Shown in pieces: positions 44,518-53,098 of a DNA stretch of 64,000 nucleotides (within the stretch, counting starts at the first letter, position 1; each line of letters starts with the position of its first letter). The notes under the pieces were generated by a model. That model saw only the letters and a program-made list of their open reading frames with translations. It had not been told where the DNA came from and searched no databases. A program made the position numbers and the translations under genes. The stretch lies in the IMG/VR virus record IMGVR_UViG_3300029911_000001, positions 62,001 through 126,000 of that record. One strand, 5' to 3'.

Positions 44518-45486
44518 ATGAACATTCCTCAACTCACGGCTGCGGCGGAACAACAGGGTAGGATGCAGCGGTTCGAAGTTGCCATCAAGGCACTGGAAGA
44601 TGGTCTCGCCACCAACCACATTTGGAACGTGGACTTCGTTTCCGCGAAAGACCAGTTGTCGCGTGTCGCTGAAAAAGCCCTAGACATATCGAGCGAGGAC
44701 ATCCGGGCTCTGGTTCGTGAGGGTCGTGAGGGTCGTCCTAGCTGGCAAAATGAAGACCCCCGTTGGATGGTCATCTACCATCCCCAGTTCTCGAACGTCC
44801 CCGGTGCTCTCAAGAAACTGACCAAGTACACCAAGGATATGGGCAAGTGGACTCCGGCGTACACAACCTTCCTGAACATGCTGGCGGAAATCGCTCAGGT
44901 GGTAGAGTTGGTCAGGGCTGTGAAGCCTTTCATCGAGAAGGGACGCAAGCCGAACCCAAACCCCAAGGAAGTGGATGTCACCAACACCGGCATCTGCTCT
45001 GTGTGTAGCTCACGTCAGAAGTTGAACTTCAATGGCACCTTGGTTGCCCATGGTTACACCCTCGAACGTAACTGGGGTGGTCGCAACGGCATCTGCTTCG
45101 GTGCCGGATATAAGGCATGGGAACTGGCATCGGATGGTGCGGTCGCCTACAAGGAAGCCATGGTCGCGGCGGTGGGTCGCACGGAGTCCTTGCTGGCTGA
45201 CCTCAAGGCCGACAAGTTCGACAAGATGGACGAGATGGTTGAAGTCGTCCGGGCCGGTGTGTACAACAAGGAACGTCGTGAGTACGACCGTACGGATGTT
45301 GATAACTTCAGCCGCGTCAAGCGTATCAAGGAAGAGAAGGCGAAGCGAAGCATCCACGCATTGAAGTCCGACATCGAGTTCTTCACCGCGAAGCTTGCTA
45401 AGTGGAAGGCCGAGCCGCTGAAGTACGGCGGGGCCGAGACACAGGAACGCTGGAAGGCCAAGTTTCTCACCAAGGGGGCTCAGTGA
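44518..45486 (+). CDS. Hypothetical protein (CxxC...HGY...C motif)
   Basis: 322 aa; TTGACA...TAGGAT lies immediately upstream of the ATG (possibly leaderless). Confidence 0.8.
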   Translation: MNIPQLTAAAEQQGRMQRFEVAIKALEDGLATNHIWNVDFVSAKDQLSRVAEKALDISSEDIRALVREGREGRPSWQNEDPRWMVIYHPQFSNVPGALKKLTKYTKDMGKWTPAYTTFLNMLAEIAQVVELVRAVKPFIEKGRKPNPNPKEVDVTNTGICSVCSSRQKLNFNGTLVAHGYTLERNWGGRNGICFGAGYKAWELASDGAVAYKEAMVAAVGRTESLLADLKADKFDKMDEMVEVVRAGVYNKERREYDRTDVDNFSRVKRIKEEKAKRSIHALKSDIEFFTAKLAKWKAEPLKYGGAETQERWKAKFLTKGAQ

Positions 45487-45832
45487 AGTTCAACTCAAAG
45501 TTACTCAAGTCCGCAAACAAACGGTATCGGTTGGCCGTCGATGCCCAGCACTGATAGGAAGCTCCGAGGGCACCGATGGCCGCTGGTGGGTTCTGGTGGA
45601 CTGGCAGGTCGTCTATGGAGATATGCAACCCAACGACAAGTGGCTCCCGTGGTTCTACAGCGTGTCCTTCAAGGAGCCGAAGAAGAACAAACTGCGGTGG
45701 GTATCGGTGCCGACGCAGGATGTCCATGAAGCCTCCAGAGAGGCACAGGAGTTTGCAGCATTGCGGGGGATTCCGGGTCAGGTATACGGAGTCAGCAGAA
45801 CAAACCAACCAATAAGGAAACCCGTCCGATGA
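45483..45832 (+). pseudogene. Hypothetical protein apparently split by a frameshift
   Basis: The GTGA overlap gives MKFNSKLLKSANKRYRL...*; the continuation LIGSSEGTDGRWWVLVDWQ... lies in another frame. Confidence 0.4.
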
Positions 45833-45873
45833 CGTTTACCCTGAACAAAGGCTAAGCGACGGTGTGTATACCG

Positions 45874-45898
45874 AAACCCCCATCTGATGGGGGTTTTT
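45874..45898 (+). terminator. Intrinsic terminator
   Basis: AAACCCCCATC-T-GATGGGGGTTTTT. Confidence 0.75.
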
Positions 45899-45914
45899 CA
45901 GTTTGAAAATAAAT

Positions 45915-45944
45915 TGTTCAAATGGAGTCGGTTATTGGTATACT
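45915..45944 (+). promoter_or_regulatory. Putative promoter for the AIPR gene
   Basis: TGTTCA-N18-TATACT. Confidence 0.65.
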
Positions 45945-46033
45945 GTGCGTGTCGTACCGAAGCGACAAAAAACTTTCGGTAATTTGCCGGCCCAAATCGA
46001 AGCGGCATAATACTTCAGGGCTAAGAGGTAGAA

Positions 46034-47287
46034 ATGAGTCTTCTTGCTACAATTAGCAGTGTAGAAAAGGGGCGTCGTGAGGTAAACCTCAACGATGCCA
46101 ATCGTTGCACGTGGGAGTGCCTCGTACCTGTCGAGCAGATTAACAAGCTCGATGTCACTCAGATTCCGTGGGCTAACATTCGTGTTGGCTATAACAAGGA
46201 CGGATACAAGTCCCCCTTCGCGAAGGAAATTCGGGATTCCCTGTACCTGCGTGATGGGAATTTTGACTCTCAGCACAAGGGCATCCGCATCATCGCCGAT
46301 AGTGCCAACCTCAACGACGGTAAGCTCACCATCAACTTCGGTACTCAGGCAAAGGTGGGTAACTTCAACACCAACACCCGTGGTCTCGGAGATGGGGGAA
46401 CCACGGTTCGTCTTATCAGCGAAGCGTTACGCGATGCGGCGGAGCCTTTCATTCAGGGCGAGTCGAAGCAGTATGTCCGGCTTTTCGTGTACTGTGGCAA
46501 CTACTCCAAGGAAGATACCTCCTCGATGGTCGAGGCGTGGAACACCGGCATGAACGCCAAGTCCTCGGACATGCTGAACTACCAGAAGAGGTTCGACGGT
46601 CTCAAGAAGATGCTGGACGGTAAGCCTTTTGGATTGACCCTCCCTAAGTCCGGTGTTCGCAAGTTCCCCTCAGTTAGCTACTACACGGGTGAGAACGCCG
46701 ACTATGACATCACCGAAATCGTGCAGTTTGGCTGTCTGTTCGCCATGGACTCCGCCCGGACTGCATATACCGGCGTGGGGGGTTGCCTCTCGTTTTTTGA
46801 GAAGGAGGCAGCGAAGTTCAAGAGGGTACAGCCGCTCCTTTTCGACATCATTTACCTGTACGAGTCCATCATCAGCGAACTGCCTGAGTTGTATAACGGG
46901 ACGGGTAAGAACGGGGGTGGGTTGGGTCGTTTCTTGGCCACGCGCCCTGTGGCTGCTGGTTCCAAGAGCCCCACTAACCTCCCCTTCGTTGGACGGGATG
47001 TTCCGTTCACTCCTCACAAGATGTGGGCTTTCCCGATGTTGGCGGCGTTCCGGGGTGCTATTGACTCGGATGCGGAGGACATCGGATGGCTCGTCAACCC
47101 CTTGGAACTCTTCCGTGCGGAGGGTGCCAATGTGTACAAGGAGATTTTGAAGACCTCAGATGTCTACGCTTCGGACTCCTTCAACATTGGACGTGACAGT
47201 AATTTGTACGGAAACTTGCAGAACATGGTCGGTCGTGCTGCGGAGAAGGCCTACCGTAAGGGACTCTACCCTATCTCCGGTCGGTAA
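46034..47287 (+). CDS. AIPR-family protein
   Basis: ANIR...EIRDSL...F...HKGIRIIA...GLGDGGTT...WNT matches the AIPR pattern N(I/V)R..NNGI.I..IVNGGQT..N. Confidence 0.7.
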   Translation: MSLLATISSVEKGRREVNLNDANRCTWECLVPVEQINKLDVTQIPWANIRVGYNKDGYKSPFAKEIRDSLYLRDGNFDSQHKGIRIIADSANLNDGKLTINFGTQAKVGNFNTNTRGLGDGGTTVRLISEALRDAAEPFIQGESKQYVRLFVYCGNYSKEDTSSMVEAWNTGMNAKSSDMLNYQKRFDGLKKMLDGKPFGLTLPKSGVRKFPSVSYYTGENADYDITEIVQFGCLFAMDSARTAYTGVGGCLSFFEKEAAKFKRVQPLLFDIIYLYESIISELPELYNGTGKNGGGLGRFLATRPVAAGSKSPTNLPFVGRDVPFTPHKMWAFPMLAAFRGAIDSDAEDIGWLVNPLELFRAEGANVYKEILKTSDVYASDSFNIGRDSNLYGNLQNMVGRAAEKAYRKGLYPISGR

Positions 47288-47288
47288 C

Positions 47289-48113
47289 TCATCGTTTGCA
47301 AATGTGAATCGCGGGGAGGTTATCTCCCCGCGATTCACATTGAATTGGAACCCCGGCTAACTTCAGTTCGGTGATGGAGTCGGCTACTCTCTTTTTCCTC
47401 CACGCAGCACGTGACTTAGCAAGCAGCTTCTCTTCTGGTGTGATGCTTCGCCACGAGGACTTGTACTCACACACCTGAGGTTCGGTGTAGGGTTTTATCC
47501 ACTTGCAGAGCACAATCTTCTTGGAGACATCTTCACGATTGAAGGGGTTGCCGCGTAGTCCTCCCGTCAGCCCCTTCCCTACGTGGTTCTTTGTGTTTCC
47601 CGATGTTTCCCCTACTCGCTCCCAGTTGTCCGCAATGTAGAGCCCCCCTACACGCTGCGTAGTGGCGTCTAGCTCTGCGTACTCCACGAAGGTCTCAAAC
47701 CCGTAAGGCTTCACCCCGTACAGAGCTTCCCAATCCTTGACGACAATCTTACGCCACATGGCAACAATTCTGGACGCCAGATTGGGTTCATGTAGCTCCA
47801 GTCGGAACAGAGTGTTGTCGATGATACCGTTGATGACCTTCTCGCGGTTCTCCTTGGTTATATGGAAGAACTTGTCTCGCACGCTCGTAGCATAGACAGC
47901 GGAGCCGCCAGAGATAGCTCCGACGTTCTGCCAGCCATCTACAGTCTCGTACCAAATGAGATAGTGAATCTGCTGTCCATGGTGCCCACGAACATCACCC
48001 ACGGCCTTCGACTTATCCGTCCGACCATCGGCGGACATCTTACGCACGTAGTGATTCTTCTCGAACACCTTGATGTCCGAACTACTACAGAACTGAAAGA
48101 ACAGTCGCTTCAC
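47289..48113 (-). CDS. DUF4338 / DruA-like protein
   Basis: HY...G..I.YLI...RD.F...N..FRL...NLASR....W.....DW...YG.....FETFV...G..Y.ADNW..VGETSG. Confidence 0.75.
   Translation of the reverse strand: MKRLFFQFCSSSDIKVFEKNHYVRKMSADGRTDKSKAVGDVRGHHGQQIHYLIWYETVDGWQNVGAISGGSAVYATSVRDKFFHITKENREKVINGIIDNTLFRLELHEPNLASRIVAMWRKIVVKDWEALYGVKPYGFETFVEYAELDATTQRVGGLYIADNWERVGETSGNTKNHVGKGLTGGLRGNPFNREDVSKKIVLCKWIKPYTEPQVCEYKSSWRSITPEEKLLAKSRAAWRKKRVADSITELKLAGVPIQCESRGDNLPAIHICKR
47301..47341. terminator. Perfect 18-bp hairpin between convergent genes
   Basis: AATGTGAATCGCGGGGAG-GTTAT-CTCCCCGCGATTCACATT. Confidence 0.7.
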
Positions 48114-48802
48114 TTTTTCAACCCTTCATCAAAGAACACTTTCTGGCTGTCAGGGATAAACGTTCGGATTTTATCCGGGTCTTGAGGGCTACGGAGAGTG
48201 AACCCATGCTCCACTAATGCCCAAAACATCTGATGGCGACTAATCAATCCCACTCGTTCGGTCTGTTGTAATGCAATAGAGTCTGGGATGTTGTCCGTGG
48301 GGATGAAGTGAATATTGACCTCTACCGCCCACTTAGCCTCAGGCGCGATGTTATATAATCCCTTTGTAGGGACGATGGTTTCACCCGTAAGAGAATGGTA
48401 ATGATTGACAACCACATCATCGTACTTCGGTGGGGCTTCGAGGTAGAAGTGTACCTGTCCCGGCCCTACAAGGTATCCAAGGAACCGGGCTAAGTTACCC
48501 TCGCTGTCCCATACGAGCTTGTCAATGCTCAGGAACCCTGGACGCTTACGTTGTTCGATTTCCGCTTTAAGAGCAATCTCACGGAGAATGTTTTTGGTCA
48601 TTTCCCGCTTGGCTTGAAAAGCGAAGGTTCTCTGGGAACCATCGGTGTATTCAACAATAACCTTGTCTCCGGGGGTGTCAATGCTGACCACTTTGAATTC
48701 TCGGTCGGAGTAGTTAGGGCCTGTACGGTCTATACCTATACTTCCCACAGTAAATGTGTTGTCGTTCATTCTCTGAAATACTGTTACAGGAGCTTTCCCC
48801 AC
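48110..48802 (-). CDS. Hypothetical protein
   Basis: 230-aa ORF overlapping both neighbours. Confidence 0.65.
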   Translation of the reverse strand: MGKAPVTVFQRMNDNTFTVGSIGIDRTGPNYSDREFKVVSIDTPGDKVIVEYTDGSQRTFAFQAKREMTKNILREIALKAEIEQRKRPGFLSIDKLVWDSEGNLARFLGYLVGPGQVHFYLEAPPKYDDVVVNHYHSLTGETIVPTKGLYNIAPEAKWAVEVNIHFIPTDNIPDSIALQQTERVGLISRHQMFWALVEHGFTLRSPQDPDKIRTFIPDSQKVFFDEGLKK

Positions 48803-49371
48803 CGCTGTTTTTTCATAAAAGTAATAGGGGTAATCTCATGACCATTGGGTCGGTTCGTTCGTTTACCTTGTGGGGTTCCTCCACATCCAGTTTTCTCCAG
48901 AACCCAACCTGCGGCTCTAAGACTGGTACCGGGCTCTGTTTCAAGAATGTAGGTTTGAATTTTTCTGTAGCCCATCGTTTTGGCGATACGAGTACAGGCA
49001 CTGTAGAGAAGGCTACAGACGTTATCTGTACCATTTGTGACCAGTCGGCAGACTTCGAGGGTAAGCCCGTCGTCAAGAGCCATACAGGCAGGTCTCATAC
49101 AAATAGCGGCACCCACCAACTTACCCTCTTTGGAGCAACCGATAGAAAACTTGGCGACTCGAATGGGCTTGTGGTGACGGTGTAGTTGGTCAACCAGTTC
49201 GTTAGCTTGGCGCAAATGGAGTGGTACGACTGTAAGCTTGGCTGCTTGTCTTATGGCTCGGGCGGCTTTTACTTCTACCCGTTTCCTATAGGCTCGTTGT
49301 GCTGCGGCGTGGTCTTTATGAATCTTAGGACGACCGACTTTACCCTTTGGTGATTTAATTAGTTTCATCAC
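48784..49371 (-). CDS. XF1762-family / Mom-like DNA modification protein
   Basis: ANELV.QLHRHHKP...GAAICMRP...LEVCRLVTNGT.NVCSLLYSA...TYILETEPGTSLRAAGW. Confidence 0.8.
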   Translation of the reverse strand: MMKLIKSPKGKVGRPKIHKDHAAAQRAYRKRVEVKAARAIRQAAKLTVVPLHLRQANELVDQLHRHHKPIRVAKFSIGCSKEGKLVGAAICMRPACMALDDGLTLEVCRLVTNGTDNVCSLLYSACTRIAKTMGYRKIQTYILETEPGTSLRAAGWVLEKTGCGGTPQGKRTNRPNGHEITPITFMKKQRWGKLL

Positions 49372-49778
49372 TTTGAGAGTTTGTTTTCCTGCACACGTGC
49401 TTAGCCTGTTGTTTTTCTATCCAAGCTATGAATACTTCTTCTCTTAGTGAGAATGTATGGGGAGAGAACGTGGGTAGGTCTTCCCCCTTATAGGAAGTGA
49501 GGTCGAACCTCTTAAGTTCAGGTTGATGGTAAACGAAGTAGGCAGGAACCCCTAGAATACGAGCCATGTTCCGAACGTATGTCGAGTGGCGATAGGCCCA
49601 CAGTGGGCCCTTGTTCTGACGTTTTACCTCCCAAAGCAAAATCGGAAGGTTGCACATTGGGCATATGGGTACTACGTCGAAGTCACATGCGCGAATACCC
49701 TTAGGTTTCCGCATTGTGGCAGAGAAATCCAAGTCTCGGTCACCAGTTCGTTCCACATTGTTTTTAGTACCAACCATA
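49355..49778 (-). CDS. PD-(D/E)XK nuclease-like protein
   Basis: DFD...EVK...MARILGVPAYFVY; start uncertain because the ORF-track start falls inside the tRNA-like gene. Confidence 0.5.
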
Positions 49779-49807
49779 AACTGAGAAGCCCTTGACTCAC
49801 AGAAATT

Positions 49808-49882
49808 TGGAGCGGGTGGGTGGCTTCGACACCCCATTCCTTATGGTGGAATTCCGTAAGGTCTTACTTAGATGACACCCGC
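49808..49882 (-). tRNA. Degenerate/atypical tRNA-Gly-like gene
   Basis: Acceptor GCGGGTG/CACCCGC-T-CCA; extended arm CCTTACGG-AATTCCA-CCATAAGG; altered T-arm; TATTAT just upstream. Confidence 0.6.
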
Positions 49883-49925
49883 TATGTATAATACTGATTA
49901 TCCCCTCCACTAATAGAGGAAAGAT

Positions 49926-50306
49926 ATGCAATTTGTCTCTAAGTTTCTCCAAGCCGCAGTCACAGCCGACCTCAATCAGCTACGCGAATACGCCAAGCAG
50001 GTTGTTGCGGGAGGCGTAGTCAAGCACGTGTATCTCATCGGGAGTACGGCGGCACGAGGTACAGGTCAGGACATCGACATACTCTATGACTTTGGAGATG
50101 CAGGTCTGGACAGAGATGAGGCGACCGCGACTGAGCAGCTTGAACAACTGGTTGAGAGTACCAGTATAGACTCTGACAGCTATGACTCCTTCTACAAGGT
50201 AGATGGTAGGTTCTTCCACCTGTCCTGTGGGGCCGGACGGTGCATCATTGAAAACACAGACTACGGAAAGGAACAGCAGGGTAAGCCTATGGTGACTCTA
50301 GCTTGA
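49926..50306 (+). CDS. Minimal nucleotidyltransferase (Pol-beta superfamily, MNT-like)
   Basis: VYLIGSTAARG..DIDILYD. Confidence 0.75.
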   Translation: MQFVSKFLQAAVTADLNQLREYAKQVVAGGVVKHVYLIGSTAARGTGQDIDILYDFGDAGLDRDEATATEQLEQLVESTSIDSDSYDSFYKVDGRFFHLSCGAGRCIIENTDYGKEQQGKPMVTLA

Positions 50307-50442
50307 AACTCACACTCATGCTGTTGACCGTATTCCTCGTCGGTCAGACCGCCCGTCAAACCGGGCCGGTGGCTCATGACCGCACGCCGCACATACCGAG
50401 CCACCAGCACTCACACAAAAAATAGGTTTCTGACCCATAGGT

Positions 50443-51093
50443 ATGGGTCAGTTTTATGTCTATGAATACCTGCGTTCTGATGGTACCCCTTACTACATAG
50501 GTAAGGGTAAGGAGGCTCGTGCCTTTCATCCTTACTACAGGGCTGTAGCCACCCCCAAGGACAAGGAACGTATCCGTTTTGTAGCTACGGAACTATCTGA
50601 ACCGGATGCTCTACAAGCTGAGATGTTTCTTATCTTCATGCATGGGCGTAAGGATAAGAGAACCGGGTGCCTTCGTAATTTGACCGATGGGGGGGAGGGT
50701 ACTTCGGGGCATACCCACACTGATGAGTGGAAACTAGCTGCGTCGAAGAGAATGAAGGGGCACATAAAATCCCCACTTACTTGTAGTCGAATAAGCAGTG
50801 CTAAGAAGGGTAAACCTGTCAGCCTAGCTCAAAAACAGAGTATATCAAGAGCCCTCAAAGGGCGGCTGTTCAGTGATGATACCCGCCAACTAATTTCTGC
50901 TGCAAAACGTAATGTCCCCCTTCCTTCAATGCGAGGGTCAGGAAACCCTCGTGCCAAAGTAACCGATGTTGATGTCATTGCGATTCGCAACGGTAGTTTG
51001 AAGGAAAGAACTGCCCGAGAAAACCTCGGACTATCCCATACCCAATTTTACCGTTTGAAAAGAGGAGAACAATGGCAATTACAATCGACGTGA
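50443..51093 (+). CDS. GIY-YIG homing endonuclease (NUMOD3 repeats)
   Basis: FYVYEYLRSDGTPYYIGKG...E..LI..HGR....G.LRNLTDGGEG. Confidence 0.88.
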   Translation: MGQFYVYEYLRSDGTPYYIGKGKEARAFHPYYRAVATPKDKERIRFVATELSEPDALQAEMFLIFMHGRKDKRTGCLRNLTDGGEGTSGHTHTDEWKLAASKRMKGHIKSPLTCSRISSAKKGKPVSLAQKQSISRALKGRLFSDDTRQLISAAKRNVPLPSMRGSGNPRAKVTDVDVIAIRNGSLKERTARENLGLSHTQFYRLKRGEQWQLQST

Positions 51094-51566
51094 AACTGAA
51101 GACTTTTCTTTCACTTATAAGTTGGAGCGAAGGAACGAGCATCGCCCCTCTCACCAAGAACCTTGGCTACGATGTCATCGTTACCGGCATCCACGGCCCC
51201 TCTGTGTTCACCGACTACACCGACCACCCGTTCGCCCATGGTGGCTCCGTGCAGTTCCACTTGAACCCACCTGAGTTCTCAACCGCTGCTGGCCGTTATC
51301 AGGTTCTGGCTCATTACTTTGAGGCGTACAAGGCACAGCTTGGACTCCCTGATTTCTCACCAGCATCGCAGGACAGGGTTGCCATTCAGCAAATCTCTGA
51401 ACGCAATTCCATCCACTTGATTGAGCAGGGCAACATCGCGGGAGCCATCACGGCGTGCTCCAACATTTGGGCATCGTTCCCCGGCAATGACTATGGACAG
51501 GGCGGTCACTCACTTGCCGGTCTGGTCGCCAAGTACACCGCTGACCTAGCCGCTCTTGGCGGCTAG
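51072..51566 (+). CDS. Endolysin, lambda R-like lytic transglycosylase
   Basis: FL..I..SEGT...GYDVIV...DHP...STAAGRYQ...L.DFSPASQD...IWASFPG..YGQ. Confidence 0.92.
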   Translation: MAITIDVKLKTFLSLISWSEGTSIAPLTKNLGYDVIVTGIHGPSVFTDYTDHPFAHGGSVQFHLNPPEFSTAAGRYQVLAHYFEAYKAQLGLPDFSPASQDRVAIQQISERNSIHLIEQGNIAGAITACSNIWASFPGNDYGQGGHSLAGLVAKYTADLAALGG

Positions 51567-51704
51567 TTCCTTAGGGGGAGTTGCGGTGCAGCCGCACTCT
51601 TCTCCCCCGCAGTCCCCGATGTAGAAGCACCATTAGCCGTTATGCCTGTCCCAGTCGTGTCCGCACTTCGGACATGCTTCAGGCTGGTCGGTCGTAGAGC
51701 CCAT
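51546..51704 (-). pseudogene. Small Zn-finger ORF interrupted by in-frame TAA
   Basis: MGSTTDQPEACPKCGHDWDRHNG*WCFYIGDCGGEECGC...; TAA at 51633-51635. Confidence 0.45.
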
Positions 51705-52002
51705 TACCCGGCCCTCTGTCCTCGTCACGAGTAATTACGGTTCCGTAATCTCTGCGTTCGGGGATAGGGCTGGAGTCCTTGTCAGCCCTTTCGATAGCTA
51801 CAGTCGCTACCGGCACACCGGCAATGTCTCCCGTCGCAACCTTCGCAACCTGTGTGTCATCCACCGTTCGTGCCAGCTTGAGAGCCTGATACAGATGGTA
51901 GATGGCAAGACCCTCTTCAGGGTTGATACCTGCTCCTGCGTGTACGTGAACCACCCGGTTCAGGTACTCATACAGGTCATCTTGCAACATGATAATCTTC
52001 AT
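51679..52002 (-). CDS. Hypothetical protein
   Basis: 107-aa ORF, ATGA-coupled to the upstream gene. Confidence 0.65.
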   Translation of the reverse strand: MKIIMLQDDLYEYLNRVVHVHAGAGINPEEGLAIYHLYQALKLARTVDDTQVAKVATGDIAGVPVATVAIERADKDSSPIPERRDYGTVITRDEDRGPGNGLYDRPA

Positions 52003-52232
52003 ACGTTTCCGCCTGTGAACCGGTCAAGTGAGTTGAGGGCCTTGATAGCCATGGCTGCGACCTGAATCAACTCAGCACGCAATGCTACCTTGCTCCGGTC
52101 TTTCTGTTTTTGTTTGGTGATGTCCCACACTTCATCTAGCTCTTCAAGAATGACCGAGTATGCTTCATGGAGATTGAAAAACTTCTCTCCATGACGCTTA
52201 GCTCGTGTGAGTTCCCGGTCTGTCCTTGGCAA
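51999..52232 (-). CDS. MazG-like all-alpha NTP pyrophosphohydrolase
   Basis: EAYSVILEELDEVW...ELIQVAAMAI; start uncertain. Confidence 0.65.
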   Translation of the reverse strand: MPRTDRELTRAKRHGEKFFNLHEAYSVILEELDEVWDITKQKQKDRSKVALRAELIQVAAMAIKALNSLDRFTGGNV

Positions 52233-52291
52233 GCTTAGGGCTGATGTTGTCTAGGGTAGGATACCCTCTTGTATTAGTCGCCATTGAAACC

Positions 52292-52879
52292 TCAATAGCT
52301 ACTAATACTGCTCCTGAAGGGTGAGTTCACCATAGATATATTCACGGCTGTAAAGTCATTTCTCCGACCCCAGAGCCATGCTTGCCTTTCATCAGAAAAG
52401 TACACATCCACAACAGGCCGAGACTCTCCGGGCATAATATCCACGAACCGGGCGATGGTCTTCTTGTGACTGTGTTTTTGAACAAGAACAATGAGGTCGT
52501 TCATGTGGGCGTGTAGATGGCTCTGTGCCGCTGGGGACAGGGCAACGTATACGACCGCATTCTCAGGCAGCGTATGTTGGGCAACTGCATAGACGTGTTC
52601 CACGCTTCTTCCGTTCGCGAACTTGGCGTTCGGCGACGATGACTTGGTGTAAGCGGTCACCTGTACTGGCGTCTGATTTTTTTCGAGGAACCCCAGTTTA
52701 CCTTCAGCAACCGCGAGGCGGGTTTGGACTTGCTTCAACTGGGTCTGGGAGAGATTGAGGTCTTGCTGGGTTTGAGTGAGTTGACACACGAGGGCATGAT
52801 TCTGCTGATGCAGAACCTCAACCATCGTGCAAAATGCAACAGAGATGAATAGAGCTAAAATTAGCTTGAGTTTGTTCAT
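52292..52879 (-). CDS. Membrane-anchored 3D/RlpA-like cell-wall protein
   Basis: N-terminal TM segment, coiled coil, VQVTAY...VALS...D....VDVYF....A..WGR. Confidence 0.6.
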   Translation of the reverse strand: MNKLKLILALFISVAFCTMVEVLHQQNHALVCQLTQTQQDLNLSQTQLKQVQTRLAVAEGKLGFLEKNQTPVQVTAYTKSSSPNAKFANGRSVEHVYAVAQHTLPENAVVYVALSPAAQSHLHAHMNDLIVLVQKHSHKKTIARFVDIMPGESRPVVDVYFSDERQAWLWGRRNDFTAVNISMVNSPFRSSISSY

Positions 52880-53014
52880 AGCGAGTGTGGGTTGTTCGGA
52901 CTACTGACAATGCGCTCGTATAACTCCTTTCGCCATCTAAGTAGAATACCAGAGGGGCTGGGGTTTGAATACATAAAACGTTATGTGGTTTAGATACAGT
53001 AGGTTACCTGCACC

Positions 53015-53049
53015 AAAAAATAAAAGAGACGCCTCCCGTGTGGGAGGCG
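53015..53049 (-). terminator. Intrinsic terminator ending the tail operon
   Basis: CGCCTCCC-ACAC-GGGAGGCG followed by TCTCTTTTATTTTTT. Confidence 0.7.
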
Positions 53050-53098
53050 AGGCTCTACCTAATGATTAGATAGTCCCGAAATTATAAACTACTTAGAT

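Noticed and set aside
52880-52936. Second amber read-through candidate (ATG...CAG TAG TCC... in frame with 52292-52879)
   Set aside because: The upstream ATG has no RBS, and the downstream ATG already begins a sensible signal-anchor; likely chance
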